The notes under the pieces: generated by a model
What the model was told of the DNA's origin: nothing
The model's input: the letters and a program-made list of their open reading frames with translations, nothing else
Databases searched by the model: none
Made by a program: the position numbers and the translations under genes
Part shown: piece after piece, positions 48,001 through 56,634 of the stretch
Layout of the letters: each line of letters starts with the position of its first letter
How positions within the stretch are numbered: position 1 is the first letter of the stretch
DNA from: a virus
Lineage: Duplodnaviria > Heunggongvirae > Uroviricota > Caudoviricetes
IMG/VR virus record: IMGVR_UViG_3300033463_000062
Location: 26,109 to 90,108 of that record
Direction: 5' to 3' (one strand)
Length of the DNA: 64,000 nucleotides

Positions 48001-49116
48001 TCAGTAAAATATTTCCGGTATTGCCTCCGACGGCACCTCGTGAAGCATCGCAGCCGTCCACACAACGGATTTCTGCATACTTGTCGGCTTCCAACGGTCG
48101 TTTACATCGAACTTTGATTTGTAGGACAAATAATATCCTGTTCCGTAGAGATAATGATTTGCGACGTACCCCATATCGACAAGAGTGTCGAGCGCTTTGC
48201 CGTATTCTCCGCCCCACGTCTTTTCTCCGTTAGAAAAAGCCATCACGGGCTTCAGCCCTTCTTCTTGCGATTTATAGCAAAGGATCCTGTAAGCAAGCTC
48301 CTCGTGACCGGCGAAATCGCATGGGTAAAAATCTCCATTCGGAGCGATAATGCCTGTCCAGCCCGGGATTGAATTATCAATAACCGGCTCAAGCCCGAAC
48401 TCGCATCTGGCGTTGTTCCGTTTTGAAAACTTTTCCGGTTCGCGGGTTTCGACTTGGATCTCGCGATCTGCCGACAAGCGGTATTTAGCGTTGCGCATTT
48501 CGAATCCCGGAGAACTTTTCGTTGCTTCATATATATTCTCCCAGAATTCATCATCTGTCACCGGTATTCTGCACTGGTTGGAGCAGATATAAATGAGCTC
48601 CGGATCTTCGAGCAACCATAAACCAGCCTTTGTCGGGTCTTGTGCGGCGGGCAGAGGTTCAATATATTCCCCGAGCCGAACCTTATCTTGATCCTTATCG
48701 CTATATTGGAACCATATCGAACATTCCTCGGCGGTGTGGACGTTCATTTCTCTCGCTTTTCGGTAAGATTTCACCGTACTCCACTTGTCTACATAGTATA
48801 TGCCGTTACGCTGAATATCCGCTTGAATTTTCGCTATTTCATGCTTCTTGCTGACTTCTTGAAGTTTGTCGGTTATAGGGCGATAACGAGCGTTGTCATC
48901 GACAAGCTCAAACGTATTCACACCGACGAACTTTTTGCGACCCTCAAGAATGTCGTTAACTGTCTTGGTTATCTCATCTTCGGAATACCCAACCATACAA
49001 GAACCAATCAGTTCGCGAACGACCGGGTATGGCTTGTCCTCGTCCCAGAACCAAGAACGTGCGAATTCGGTAAGCCACTCGCCGTCTACCGAAAAATGTA
49101 AAACCTCAGTTTCCAT
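48001..49116 (-). CDS. hypothetical protein
   Basis: 371 aa. Confidence 0.45.
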   Translation of the reverse strand: METEVLHFSVDGEWLTEFARSWFWDEDKPYPVVRELIGSCMVGYSEDEITKTVNDILEGRKKFVGVNTFELVDDNARYRPITDKLQEVSKKHEIAKIQADIQRNGIYYVDKWSTVKSYRKAREMNVHTAEECSIWFQYSDKDQDKVRLGEYIEPLPAAQDPTKAGLWLLEDPELIYICSNQCRIPVTDDEFWENIYEATKSSPGFEMRNAKYRLSADREIQVETREPEKFSKRNNARCEFGLEPVIDNSIPGWTGIIAPNGDFYPCDFAGHEELAYRILCYKSQEEGLKPVMAFSNGEKTWGGEYGKALDTLVDMGYVANHYLYGTGYYLSYKSKFDVNDRWKPTSMQKSVVWTAAMLHEVPSEAIPEIFY

Positions 49117-49452
49117 TGTACCTCCTAATTTTATTTATAGTTATCGAGCCATAGGACTTTCACCTATAGGAGCAAAGGTTGGATTCGGGTGCGCATCCAC
49201 TACCAACGGTTTCTAACCACTTTCTACTATTGTTGACTTTGCTTTTTCGTGCTTCATATTTTTAAGAGACTTTCTTTTTGGTCGGGATATTGTGGGATTC
49301 GAACCCCTCCTCCGCCTCCTCTGGCGGTATGCTGCCTCCACTTACACCATCACCCTAATCTCTGCCACGCTTTACCGAGCTGTACGGGCTCTTACGTAAA
49401 GCTTGTACGTGTGGCATACTACACACGGCTTTATTACTCACTACTCGATTTT

Positions 49453-49731
49453 TTATATCGACATTACGTTTTCGGTTATTTCTTTCGGTTTGCCATACAA
49501 GAAGTTTCCGACATCGTGAATATTTGTTATCTTGTCAATCGACCAACCATTATACAACTCAATTGCGCTCTCAAGACTCACTGCAATCAAAGCTTCGAGT
49601 TGTGCCCCTGCGAAGCCGTAGTATTTGCTGAATTCTATAAGTGCATCTTTTGCGCTCTGCGCCTTGACCCAGTAAACATAGCGCAAACTCCCCGTTTCGT
49701 TAACTCTGATTACAAATTCGTATAACCTCAT
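49453..49731 (-). CDS. hypothetical protein
   Basis: 92 aa. Confidence 0.4.
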   Translation of the reverse strand: MRLYEFVIRVNETGSLRYVYWVKAQSAKDALIEFSKYYGFAGAQLEALIAVSLESAIELYNGWSIDKITNIHDVGNFLYGKPKEITENVMSI

Positions 49732-49742
49732 ATATAATCTCC

Positions 49743-50276
49743 TTATTCAATATACATTGGATCAGTCGGTTTTGTTTCGTCTTTTTCATAGTGTGAACAT
49801 TTCCGAAGATATTTAAAGTTATCGCCAGAACGCTCTCTTGTTGACTGCATCCAATTTCCTTTATATTCACAAGCTATATAAGTTCCGTATCCCGTGTCAC
49901 AACAATTGTAATATTTGCACTGTTGTAAACATTTGTATTTTTTAAGAGCCTCTTGTTTTCTTTTTTGATATCTCTCTTCGGCTTCTTTACGATATTCGTC
50001 ATACTCTTTTTGCAACATTTTCTCCGTCCACGGAGAAAGATTAAAAAACTTCCAGACCGGCATTCCATCTAATATGTCTTCTGTTACGCCTTTTGCAACT
50101 TCCTCTGGCGAACAATTCATAAATCTGACCATGACTCTGTTGCTGTTTATAAATGCAACAAGCGCCTCAACGTTTATATCATCTGTGCCATATTCGATTT
50201 GACCATGGATCTTCAACATTTCAACCAGTTCGTAAAATCTGGCGTATGGCATATCGTCTATATATTCGCCAAACAT
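49743..50276 (-). CDS. hypothetical Cys-rich protein
   Basis: 177 aa. Confidence 0.4.
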   Translation of the reverse strand: MFGEYIDDMPYARFYELVEMLKIHGQIEYGTDDINVEALVAFINSNRVMVRFMNCSPEEVAKGVTEDILDGMPVWKFFNLSPWTEKMLQKEYDEYRKEAEERYQKRKQEALKKYKCLQQCKYYNCCDTGYGTYIACEYKGNWMQSTRERSGDNFKYLRKCSHYEKDETKPTDPMYIE

Positions 50277-50639
50277 TTATATATCTTCCTTGAAATCTTC
50301 TGCGCGGAATCCGTTTCTATACTCTCCGCTATCACCTCTGACTATACAAAGCACCATAGCCGTTAACATATAGTCGTAGACGTTGGTTTTAAATGCACCG
50401 TAACTTGCTATTCTGGCGCTTTCCTGCATTTGCCTTAGCTGCATTGACGGTTTATCTGCGTGATCGATAAAATCGCAGAATACTTCAAATATGATGCCTT
50501 CTATGACTCCATCGGTGTAAACATTGCGATCACAGCCGCTGTATTTCATCATATATGCAATGGCGGCTTCGCGATACGAAGGATATTCGCCGCCGTGATG
50601 TTTCAAATAGCGGATCATTCCTACTGTCTTTTTTTCCAT
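50277..50639 (-). CDS. hypothetical protein
   Basis: 120 aa. Confidence 0.4.
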   Translation of the reverse strand: MEKKTVGMIRYLKHHGGEYPSYREAAIAYMMKYSGCDRNVYTDGVIEGIIFEVFCDFIDHADKPSMQLRQMQESARIASYGAFKTNVYDYMLTAMVLCIVRGDSGEYRNGFRAEDFKEDI

Positions 50640-50651
50640 AAAGCCTCCATT

Positions 50652-51032
50652 TTATCCGCCGAACACGATTTCATCAAACAGCGCGAACTGAATGATTGCG
50701 TCTGCGGTTCCGGCGTCATACTCGCTGGAATCGAAATCTCCGTCGAAATAGCCCTCTTCAAAGGCTTTTTTTATGCCGTTGAGTAATTTGTCGAGCGTGA
50801 GGCTCCACTTGTCGTCACTTTCTGCATCGTACAGGATAAGCTCTCCGCCTCTCGAAATCTGATCTGAGGCATATTCGCCGAGATAATCGCCCACGACATC
50901 GACTCTGTCGCACCAGTACGTGATGCCGCCTTCAAGAGCGTCGCACATAAGGTCGTCTATGTTTTCGTCTGTTACTTTTATCGTCTTTTTGACTGTCAAA
51001 TTATGCATACCATTCTCCTTCTGGGAACTCAA
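50652..51032 (-). CDS. hypothetical acidic protein
   Basis: 126 aa. Confidence 0.4.
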   Translation of the reverse strand: MSSQKENGMHNLTVKKTIKVTDENIDDLMCDALEGGITYWCDRVDVVGDYLGEYASDQISRGGELILYDAESDDKWSLTLDKLLNGIKKAFEEGYFDGDFDSSEYDAGTADAIIQFALFDEIVFGG

Positions 51033-51303
51033 TCCCTACTGTTTTATAAAGCGTTTCTAACGCTTCGATTTCTGATTTTGATAACCTCACAGGATTTCCG
51101 TCGATTGCTTCTCCGAGCTGGCTCAAAGCGTCGTTCCACGACATATCCCTTGCGTTTTCCAAGTCGTACACGGCGTAGTACGGCTCGTCAATCCACGTCT
51201 TTTCGTAAACAAGAAACCAACAGTCTGTTTTTGTATTTCTTGTCGCGTGTTCCAACGCGGTGTACTGTTCGTCTGATAATGTCATTGAATGAATTTTGTT
51301 CAT
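51001..51303 (-). CDS. hypothetical protein
   Basis: 100 aa, RBS AAGGAGGAGAACGATG. Confidence 0.4.
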   Translation of the reverse strand: MNKIHSMTLSDEQYTALEHATRNTKTDCWFLVYEKTWIDEPYYAVYDLENARDMSWNDALSQLGEAIDGNPVRLSKSEIEALETLYKTVGIEFPEGEWYA

Positions 51304-51529
51304 CGTTCTCCTCCTTTTTATTTTTACACAATCCTAAGTTATAGATGGCGCCTTGACCAAGGAGTCCTCCTCGTCATCGAGATGCCTCGGTAATCACGTT
51401 TTTATACCTCTTTAGGGGGTCGTTTTTCACATTTTTTCAATTTATATACCCTTAATTTGAGGTTTCACCATCAGGATTACTTCCATCTCGGACTGCAGCA
51501 TCCTTCGGATCCTGATACCTGCTCCTTCT

Positions 51530-51593
51530 TCGTTCTAACATTTTTATACGTTCGATAAGACCGAACGCTTGCGTTTCCGCAAAATACGATTGT
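51530..51593 (-). repeat. conserved two-hairpin intergenic element, copy C (directly after recombinase stop)
   Basis: minus-strand form CACAATCGTATTTTGCG-GAAA-CGCAAGCGTTCGGTCTTATCGAACGTATAAAAATGTTAGAACGA. Confidence 0.75.
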
Positions 51594-51598
51594 GTTTC

Positions 51599-52585
51599 TT
51601 ATTTGTTAAGCTCATTCAAGAGCTCGTCTTTCGTTTGTAGTAATAATTCGTACAGCTCGTTGTTTGATACAACCTTAGGAGCCACAAGTTCATCGCCGTC
51701 CCACTTTCCAAGCGTAAAGTTGGACACCGCTTTCCTCGCTTCGTCGCACTGTTCTTTCATAATGCCAAGATACCGGCTCGTTGTCGTTGCGTTCTCGTGA
51801 TTTAACAACGTCTGAATTACCGCAAAATTCTTCTCGTTGATTGACGCGTCGTAAGTGCACTCAATAACCTTGACGAAAGTCTTTCTCATAGAGTGCGTTC
51901 CGAGGTGGGCTTCAATCCCGAGCGCTTTCTGCGCTGCAGTTAATATCTTGTAATACGCTTTCTCCGTGATGTGCTCGCCGCTTCTCTTGGTCTGGAATAC
52001 ATAGTCATTCAGGATTATTCCCTCGGGAAACAACTCGTTGACATATTCTTCCATAGCGGTCTTTATCGCCTCGGTTATCAGCGCATTGTTAATCTTTGTC
52101 GTTTTTTTCTCGAGCACCGGTATTCTCTCGCGGAACTCGTAGTCGTTGTTGTAAATGTGATAGAATTTCAAGCGAACGATGTCTGACGCTCTGACGCCGA
52201 GGTTACAACCGACCATCCACATTGTAGCGTTACGGATACCCTCAGGAGTTTTTTCCTTGAGCCAGTCATAAACACGCTTGAAGTCCGTGTATGAATTGAT
52301 TGCCTCAGATGCGGATGCAAGTTTCCGTCCGTTGACGTTAACACCGCTCAACATTCGTTCAGTTTTTTCTGCGTTCTCCTTGTCTCTTTTACCCTGACGT
52401 TCTTCTTTCGTCAAGACTTTTTTGTATTGACCGTTGTCGATTGCGTCAACCAACTCCTGATACTTTAACTCATAAGTCAGCTGCTTTCTCTTAGCTTTTT
52501 CGAGTTCTTTTTCGAGGTAGTCGATTTGTATCTGGCGTTCCATTGCAATCTGCTGCCAGTCAACCATTACCCTTGTTTCTTCCAT
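51599..52585 (-). CDS. tyrosine recombinase / integrase family protein
   Basis: C-terminal catalytic region with HSMRKTF (HxxR) and NATTTSRYLG (catalytic Tyr); R...K...HxxR...Y pattern. Confidence 0.65.
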   Translation of the reverse strand: MEETRVMVDWQQIAMERQIQIDYLEKELEKAKRKQLTYELKYQELVDAIDNGQYKKVLTKEERQGKRDKENAEKTERMLSGVNVNGRKLASASEAINSYTDFKRVYDWLKEKTPEGIRNATMWMVGCNLGVRASDIVRLKFYHIYNNDYEFRERIPVLEKKTTKINNALITEAIKTAMEEYVNELFPEGIILNDYVFQTKRSGEHITEKAYYKILTAAQKALGIEAHLGTHSMRKTFVKVIECTYDASINEKNFAVIQTLLNHENATTTSRYLGIMKEQCDEARKAVSNFTLGKWDGDELVAPKVVSNNELYELLLQTKDELLNELNK

Positions 52586-52970
52586 TTCGATCCCTCCGTA
52601 TTCCTTTGTACTAAAACATTTCTTCTGTGCCCTCTTGCGTCTAATATAATCAAACGCGTCTTGCCGACCATATTTAGTCTGCTTAGGTATCTTTTCAATA
52701 CTTAAGGGAAGACTATGAATTGTTCACACAATCCTATGAGAATAAAAACGGTTCTGCCCACAGGGTGCCGGCATCCAACTTTGTTTGGACATTGTTCGAT
52801 TGTGTCCATTTCCTACGCTTAATTGGGAAATCTTTTTTAACTTTTTACTTCTTTGAGGTTCGTTTTTCTTGATTTCCACCCTTTCTTCATTGCGACGGTT
52901 GCTCTCGAATCTTCATTCCCCGTGTGACCCCAGACGACGTTCTTGAGATCCTGATCTGCCTCCTGATCTC

Positions 52971-53035
52971 TCGTCCTAACATTTTTGTACGTTCGATAAG
53001 ACCGAACGCTCAGCTCTTGCTGAAATACGATTGTG
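52971..53035 (-). repeat. conserved two-hairpin intergenic element, copy D (upstream of recombinase, after stop of 53039..53266)
   Basis: hairpin 1 CAGC-AAGA-GCTG, hairpin 2 CGTTCGGTCTTATCGAACG. Confidence 0.75.
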
Positions 53036-53038
53036 CTT

Positions 53039-53266
53039 TTATCTTTGGACAAACTCGCAAATCTCACCCGTCTCAGGATTGTAAAGCTCTCCCGAGAACA
53101 TAAGCGGGACGTTGTATGCAAGTCTGCATTCTTTCCTGATACGATATTTTAAATTGGCGACTGCTTTTCGCGGCGTTTCCGCAAGTGTTGTTGCAACGTA
53201 GTTGTTACGCGTAATCAATGTTCCGTCACGCTCAACTCGTCCTGTAAACACCCATTTTTCTTTCAT
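53039..53266 (-). CDS. hypothetical protein
   Basis: 75 aa. Confidence 0.4.
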   Translation of the reverse strand: MKEKWVFTGRVERDGTLITRNNYVATTLAETPRKAVANLKYRIRKECRLAYNVPLMFSGELYNPETGEICEFVQR

Positions 53267-53362
53267 AAGTTACCTCCAATTGTGGTTCGAAAACTTAATC
53301 TCATGAGAAACTTCCATTCTGGAAGTTTCGCATCTGATTAAGTTTTGAACGATATTTGTTGT

Positions 53363-53412
53363 GTTTTACGTTCGGTAAAACCAAACGCCCGTTTTCTAAA
53401 CGAAATATTCGT
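53363..53412 (-). repeat. diverged copy F of the two-hairpin element (directly after RT stop)
   Basis: retains ACGTTCGGTAAAACCAAACG (hairpin 2 analogue) and CGTTT-AGA-AAACG (hairpin 1 analogue). Confidence 0.5.
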
Positions 53413-53418
53413 AACTTT

Positions 53419-54558
53419 TTATGCGCTCTTTATTGCGCTTATTATCGTGTCGTACACATTCTTGTTGAACTTCAACGACAGCTTATTCAGAATCTGTTCT
53501 ACGGCTTCCTTTTCAACCATTCTACAATAGTTCAGGTTGCCGAGCATTTCCTGCAACTCTCCGAGTTCCCATTTTTCTTCCTTTGCATCGGACATCATAA
53601 ACGAGAACAGCGTTGCTTTCAGGATCTTCTTTCTCTTATAGCCGACCGTAATGTTACCGTCTTTATTCAGCATAAGACCAAGGTTCCAGTTGCGACCTGC
53701 CGATGAACCGTATCTCGTCTTTTCTGCGTTCAGACTGAACGGCGTTTCCCATTTCGCAAGCGTGTTCTTGAGAAACGTCTGAACTTCCGTCCACTTAAAA
53801 TCATACTCGGAAGTTATTGTGATATCGTCTGCATATCTCGTATAGACGAGGTGCGGCGTGTGTTCGCGGCACCAACGCGCTATCTCGAGGTCGAGCGGTA
53901 TCATCATGATGTTAGTTATCATCGGGCTAATCGGACTGCCCTGCGGAAGTCTGCCCTGATACATACATATATCCAGAGCCTTCTCGAAATACTCTTTGCC
54001 TTTTACAGAAGTTAATATCTCGTTGTACGGATATATCATTGAAAACATTTTCAAAACAAATTCTTTCGTGGTGTTCGGGAAGAACTTGGAGAAGTCAAAC
54101 TTAGCAAACCACCTCGAGTGGTTGCTCTGATGACGTTGCATCGCGTATAGACAACATCTATGCGGAACGTATGCAAAGGCACAAGTATGATACGGTGCGC
54201 CGATTATATTCTCGAATATAAACTTGAGTTGACGCTGCGCGTTCTTCAGTTCTTCGTCAGGCTTATCTATCTGTCTGTGTCCACCAGACTTCTTCGGTAT
54301 ATTGTACGGATGATAATGACTGTCGATTCCGCTCTCGAACAGTTCTTTGTGGTTTTCGATGAAGTTGTGGAGCGCGTCCACCATCTTTGTCAACTTCAGA
54401 TTCGCTAACATTCTTATCGGAATTTCTTCCGTCGTGAATGTTACTGTGTCGTATGTGTTTCTGTCGGGCATTAGAGCCGACTCTGTGACGCCGTTGATTA
54501 CGTCCCAAGCAGTTATCTGCTTTTCGCGCTGCTTTTTTGCATAAGTGATATAATACAT
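53419..54558 (-). CDS. reverse transcriptase (non-DGR; retron/group-II-like RT domain without maturase or RNase H)
   Basis: 379 aa; motifs SGGHRQIDKP, RLPQGSPISPMITN, YTRYADDITI (YADD box). Confidence 0.8.
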   Translation of the reverse strand: MYYITYAKKQREKQITAWDVINGVTESALMPDRNTYDTVTFTTEEIPIRMLANLKLTKMVDALHNFIENHKELFESGIDSHYHPYNIPKKSGGHRQIDKPDEELKNAQRQLKFIFENIIGAPYHTCAFAYVPHRCCLYAMQRHQSNHSRWFAKFDFSKFFPNTTKEFVLKMFSMIYPYNEILTSVKGKEYFEKALDICMYQGRLPQGSPISPMITNIMMIPLDLEIARWCREHTPHLVYTRYADDITITSEYDFKWTEVQTFLKNTLAKWETPFSLNAEKTRYGSSAGRNWNLGLMLNKDGNITVGYKRKKILKATLFSFMMSDAKEEKWELGELQEMLGNLNYCRMVEKEAVEQILNKLSLKFNKNVYDTIISAIKSA

Positions 54559-54811
54559 TTTCCCTTTTCCTTTCTTTACCTATCCTATGAGGTTTTGAAT
54601 GCCCCTTCAAGCTTCTGAAGTTGATGTCTGGCACTCGTGTCGAGATAAATTTTTATTAAAATTAGAACTTTTTTGGATTATCTTCGCCAACTTTATTTTT
54701 TTAATTGGGAATCTAACTTCACTTTCTGGTTTTGTTTTGCCATTTTTTCTTGCGCAATGCCTCTGCACCTGTTGCTGCGTCACCAGCTCTGACTCCTCGT
54801 CCCAGTCCTCT

Positions 54812-54875
54812 TCGTTCTAACTTTGTGTTGCATCCGATAAGACCGAATGCTTTGCTTTCGCAAAAATGCGATAGG
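54812..54875 (-). repeat. conserved two-hairpin intergenic element, copy E (between RNase H and RT)
   Basis: hairpin 1 TTTGC-GAAA-GCAAA; hairpin 2 GCATTCGGTCTTATCGGATGC with a compensatory G-C to A-T change relative to other copies. Confidence 0.7.
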
Positions 54876-54876
54876 T

Positions 54877-55305
54877 TTATAATGTTTGTCCTGTTGCGAG
54901 GAAATCGCATCTTTCGTTGTACTGATTTCCCGCGTGTCCCTTCGTCCATTCAAACGTCACATTGTGAATGTCGAGGATATTCAAAAGTTCTTCCCACAAA
55001 TCTGCGTTCGCTGCGGGTTTGTTGTCTTTTTTGTACCAGCCGCGTTCTTTCCACGACTGTACCCAGCCCTTTCCGATTCCGTCAACAACGTACTTACTGT
55101 CCGTTATCAGCTTGACCGAACACGGTCTGTTCAGAGCGTTCAGCGCGTTGATGACCGCCGCGAGTTCCATACGGTTATTCGTCGTGTCTTCTTCGGCTCC
55201 GAAGATCTCCTTGACTTTATCTCCATATTTCAGTACGGCTGCCCAACCGCCCTTGCCGGGATTTCCCGAGCAGGCTCCGTCGGTATAAATCTCCACGTTT
55301 GTCAT
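54877..55305 (-). CDS. rnhA: ribonuclease HI
   Basis: 142 aa; [10 protein letters not shown]...E...D...[11 protein letters not shown] catalytic DEDD-type RNase H signature. Confidence 0.8.
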   Translation of the reverse strand: MTNVEIYTDGACSGNPGKGGWAAVLKYGDKVKEIFGAEEDTTNNRMELAAVINALNALNRPCSVKLITDSKYVVDGIGKGWVQSWKERGWYKKDNKPAANADLWEELLNILDIHNVTFEWTKGHAGNQYNERCDFLATGQTL

Positions 55306-56042
55306 AACTCGTCAATCCTGAACTGGAATGGGTTTACGTAAATCATTCTTTTCAGTTCTCCTTTCTTTACAAAATTTATAAAGTTGCAAACTCCTACGTT
55401 GCAAACTTCTCTCACCGTTGGTGCGACTCCGAGAACAACTCCGCACGCAGACACCGGTGTTGCTTCCGCAGCTTCTTCGTGAGAATAGTTCATCGTCTTG
55501 AGATAGTTTATGACGTCTTTCATCTTGCCCCACTCGGAAGCGTAATGCATAGCGTCCTCAAGCCGTGTTCTGAAATCAAACACCGCTTTTATTTCTGTGT
55601 TATATTTGTTTGCCTCGCAAATTTCTCTGCGCAGGTCTATATTGTCAACCGCAAGGAACACATATCCGTTGAGCGGTTGTTCTGTATACTTGCCCAGAAC
55701 TTCAACCTCGACCTCGGGGTTGATGTCTTCAAGCATTTTCTTCACCTCTGTCGCTTTGTCCTCTCCGACCGAATGCGAGAAGAACATCTGATTGGCGATA
55801 TTGTGTTCTTCCACAAGGTCGAAATCATACAGAGAAAATTTCCTTACTCCGAGCCTCGCAAGATTTTCTGCGAGCGTTGAGCCAACGGAACCGCATCCGA
55901 TTATGTGACACGTTCCGTCAACTTTTTCAGGGGCAAAGTATTCGTAGCTCTTCTGTAAGTTCATAACCTTCGTCCTCCCATTCTCTTTCGCGCAGATACC
56001 ATAACTCTGCGTGCGCCGTCTCAGCTTCTTCTTCGTCGCCAT
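55302..56042 (-). CDS. E1-like (ThiF/MoeB family) adenylating enzyme
   Basis: Rossmann GxGxxG (IIGCGSVGS), [14 protein letters not shown] motif of ThiF/MoeB/E1, downstream Cys (VSACGVV); likely start at internal Met MNLQK (55964), overlapping JAB gene. Confidence 0.7.
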   Translation of the reverse strand: MATKKKLRRRTQSYGICAKENGRTKVMNLQKSYEYFAPEKVDGTCHIIGCGSVGSTLAENLARLGVRKFSLYDFDLVEEHNIANQMFFSHSVGEDKATEVKKMLEDINPEVEVEVLGKYTEQPLNGYVFLAVDNIDLRREICEANKYNTEIKAVFDFRTRLEDAMHYASEWGKMKDVINYLKTMNYSHEEAAEATPVSACGVVLGVAPTVREVCNVGVCNFINFVKKGELKRMIYVNPFQFRIDEL

Positions 56043-56634
56043 ATAACAGGATTGGCAGGAGTTTCACTGCTTTTTCATACGGCGACATTTCTATCATTTC
56101 TATCGTTCGCTTCGGTATAAACGGTTTGACAAGTTCTTTGGCGTTCTTTAAGAACTCTGTCGTATCATATTCTCCGGTCGTGTCGAACTCCACGTCAACC
56201 TCTTTGTTCACGTAGAGTTTGCCGTTCTTTATGTCGTTTATCTGAACTGTAAACTTACCGCTTTTGTTGAATATCATAAAGACGTAGAACACGTCGTCAA
56301 CAAACTCGGCTTTCGGAAGATTTTTCAAAATGTTCTCCCGATATGTCATATCAAAACCCGAGGGGGTTGGCGTCATGTTCACATGAGAATGACCGTGCAT
56401 TCTCAATGCGTTGAACTGTTCATCCGGTAGAGTGTCGAGCCACGCTTCGTACTCTTTCTGGTCGCTCTCTACGTAGGCTCCGGAAGCCTTGTGTGGAAAA
56501 ACAAGTATGTCTTCCACAACAAAACCGTCATCAGTTCTGTTAACAATACCGTGCCATTCGACCTCGGTATCGAATCCCGCAAGCAGTGCGGCAGTCTTTT
56601 TAAATGCTTTTGCATTAAATTTAAGACTCGGCAT
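55927..56634 (-). CDS. JAB/JAMM-family metalloprotease (deubiquitinase-like)
   Basis: exact JAMM motif H-x-H-x7-S-x2-D in MHGHSHVNMTPTPSGFD, preceded by conserved Glu. Confidence 0.7.
   Translation of the reverse strand: MPSLKFNAKAFKKTAALLAGFDTEVEWHGIVNRTDDGFVVEDILVFPHKASGAYVESDQKEYEAWLDTLPDEQFNALRMHGHSHVNMTPTPSGFDMTYRENILKNLPKAEFVDDVFYVFMIFNKSGKFTVQINDIKNGKLYVNKEVDVEFDTTGEYDTTEFLKNAKELVKPFIPKRTIEMIEMSPYEKAVKLLPILLYGDEEEAETAHAELWYLREREWEDEGYELTEELRILCP

Noticed and set aside
49283-49350. tRNA-like T-loop sequence GGGGTTCGAATCCC on the minus strand between genes 48001..49116 and 49453..49731
   Set aside because: Only 3 bp of T-stem pair, and no acceptor, D or anticodon arms could be assembled; possibly a structured RNA, but not supportable as a tRNA by eye.
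42742-54875. Interpretation of the repeats as integron attC sites
   Set aside because: No RYYYAAC/GTTRRRY inverse core pair at the element ends, two small independent hairpins instead of one long imperfect bulged hairpin, and the recombinase is not divergent with an attI/Pc arrangement.
42742-54875. Interpretation of the repeats as sigma-A promoters or intrinsic terminators
   Set aside because: The TATAAA box lacks a TTGACA-like -35 at 16-18 bp spacing, and no hairpin is followed by a U-tract on either strand.
54599-55115. Plus-strand ORFs 54599..54820, 54732..55115 and minus ORF 54719..54949 across the RT-RNase H intergenic region
   Set aside because: They traverse the conserved repeat copy E and the RNase H gene antisense; low-complexity products; the region is more likely non-coding or an RNA element.
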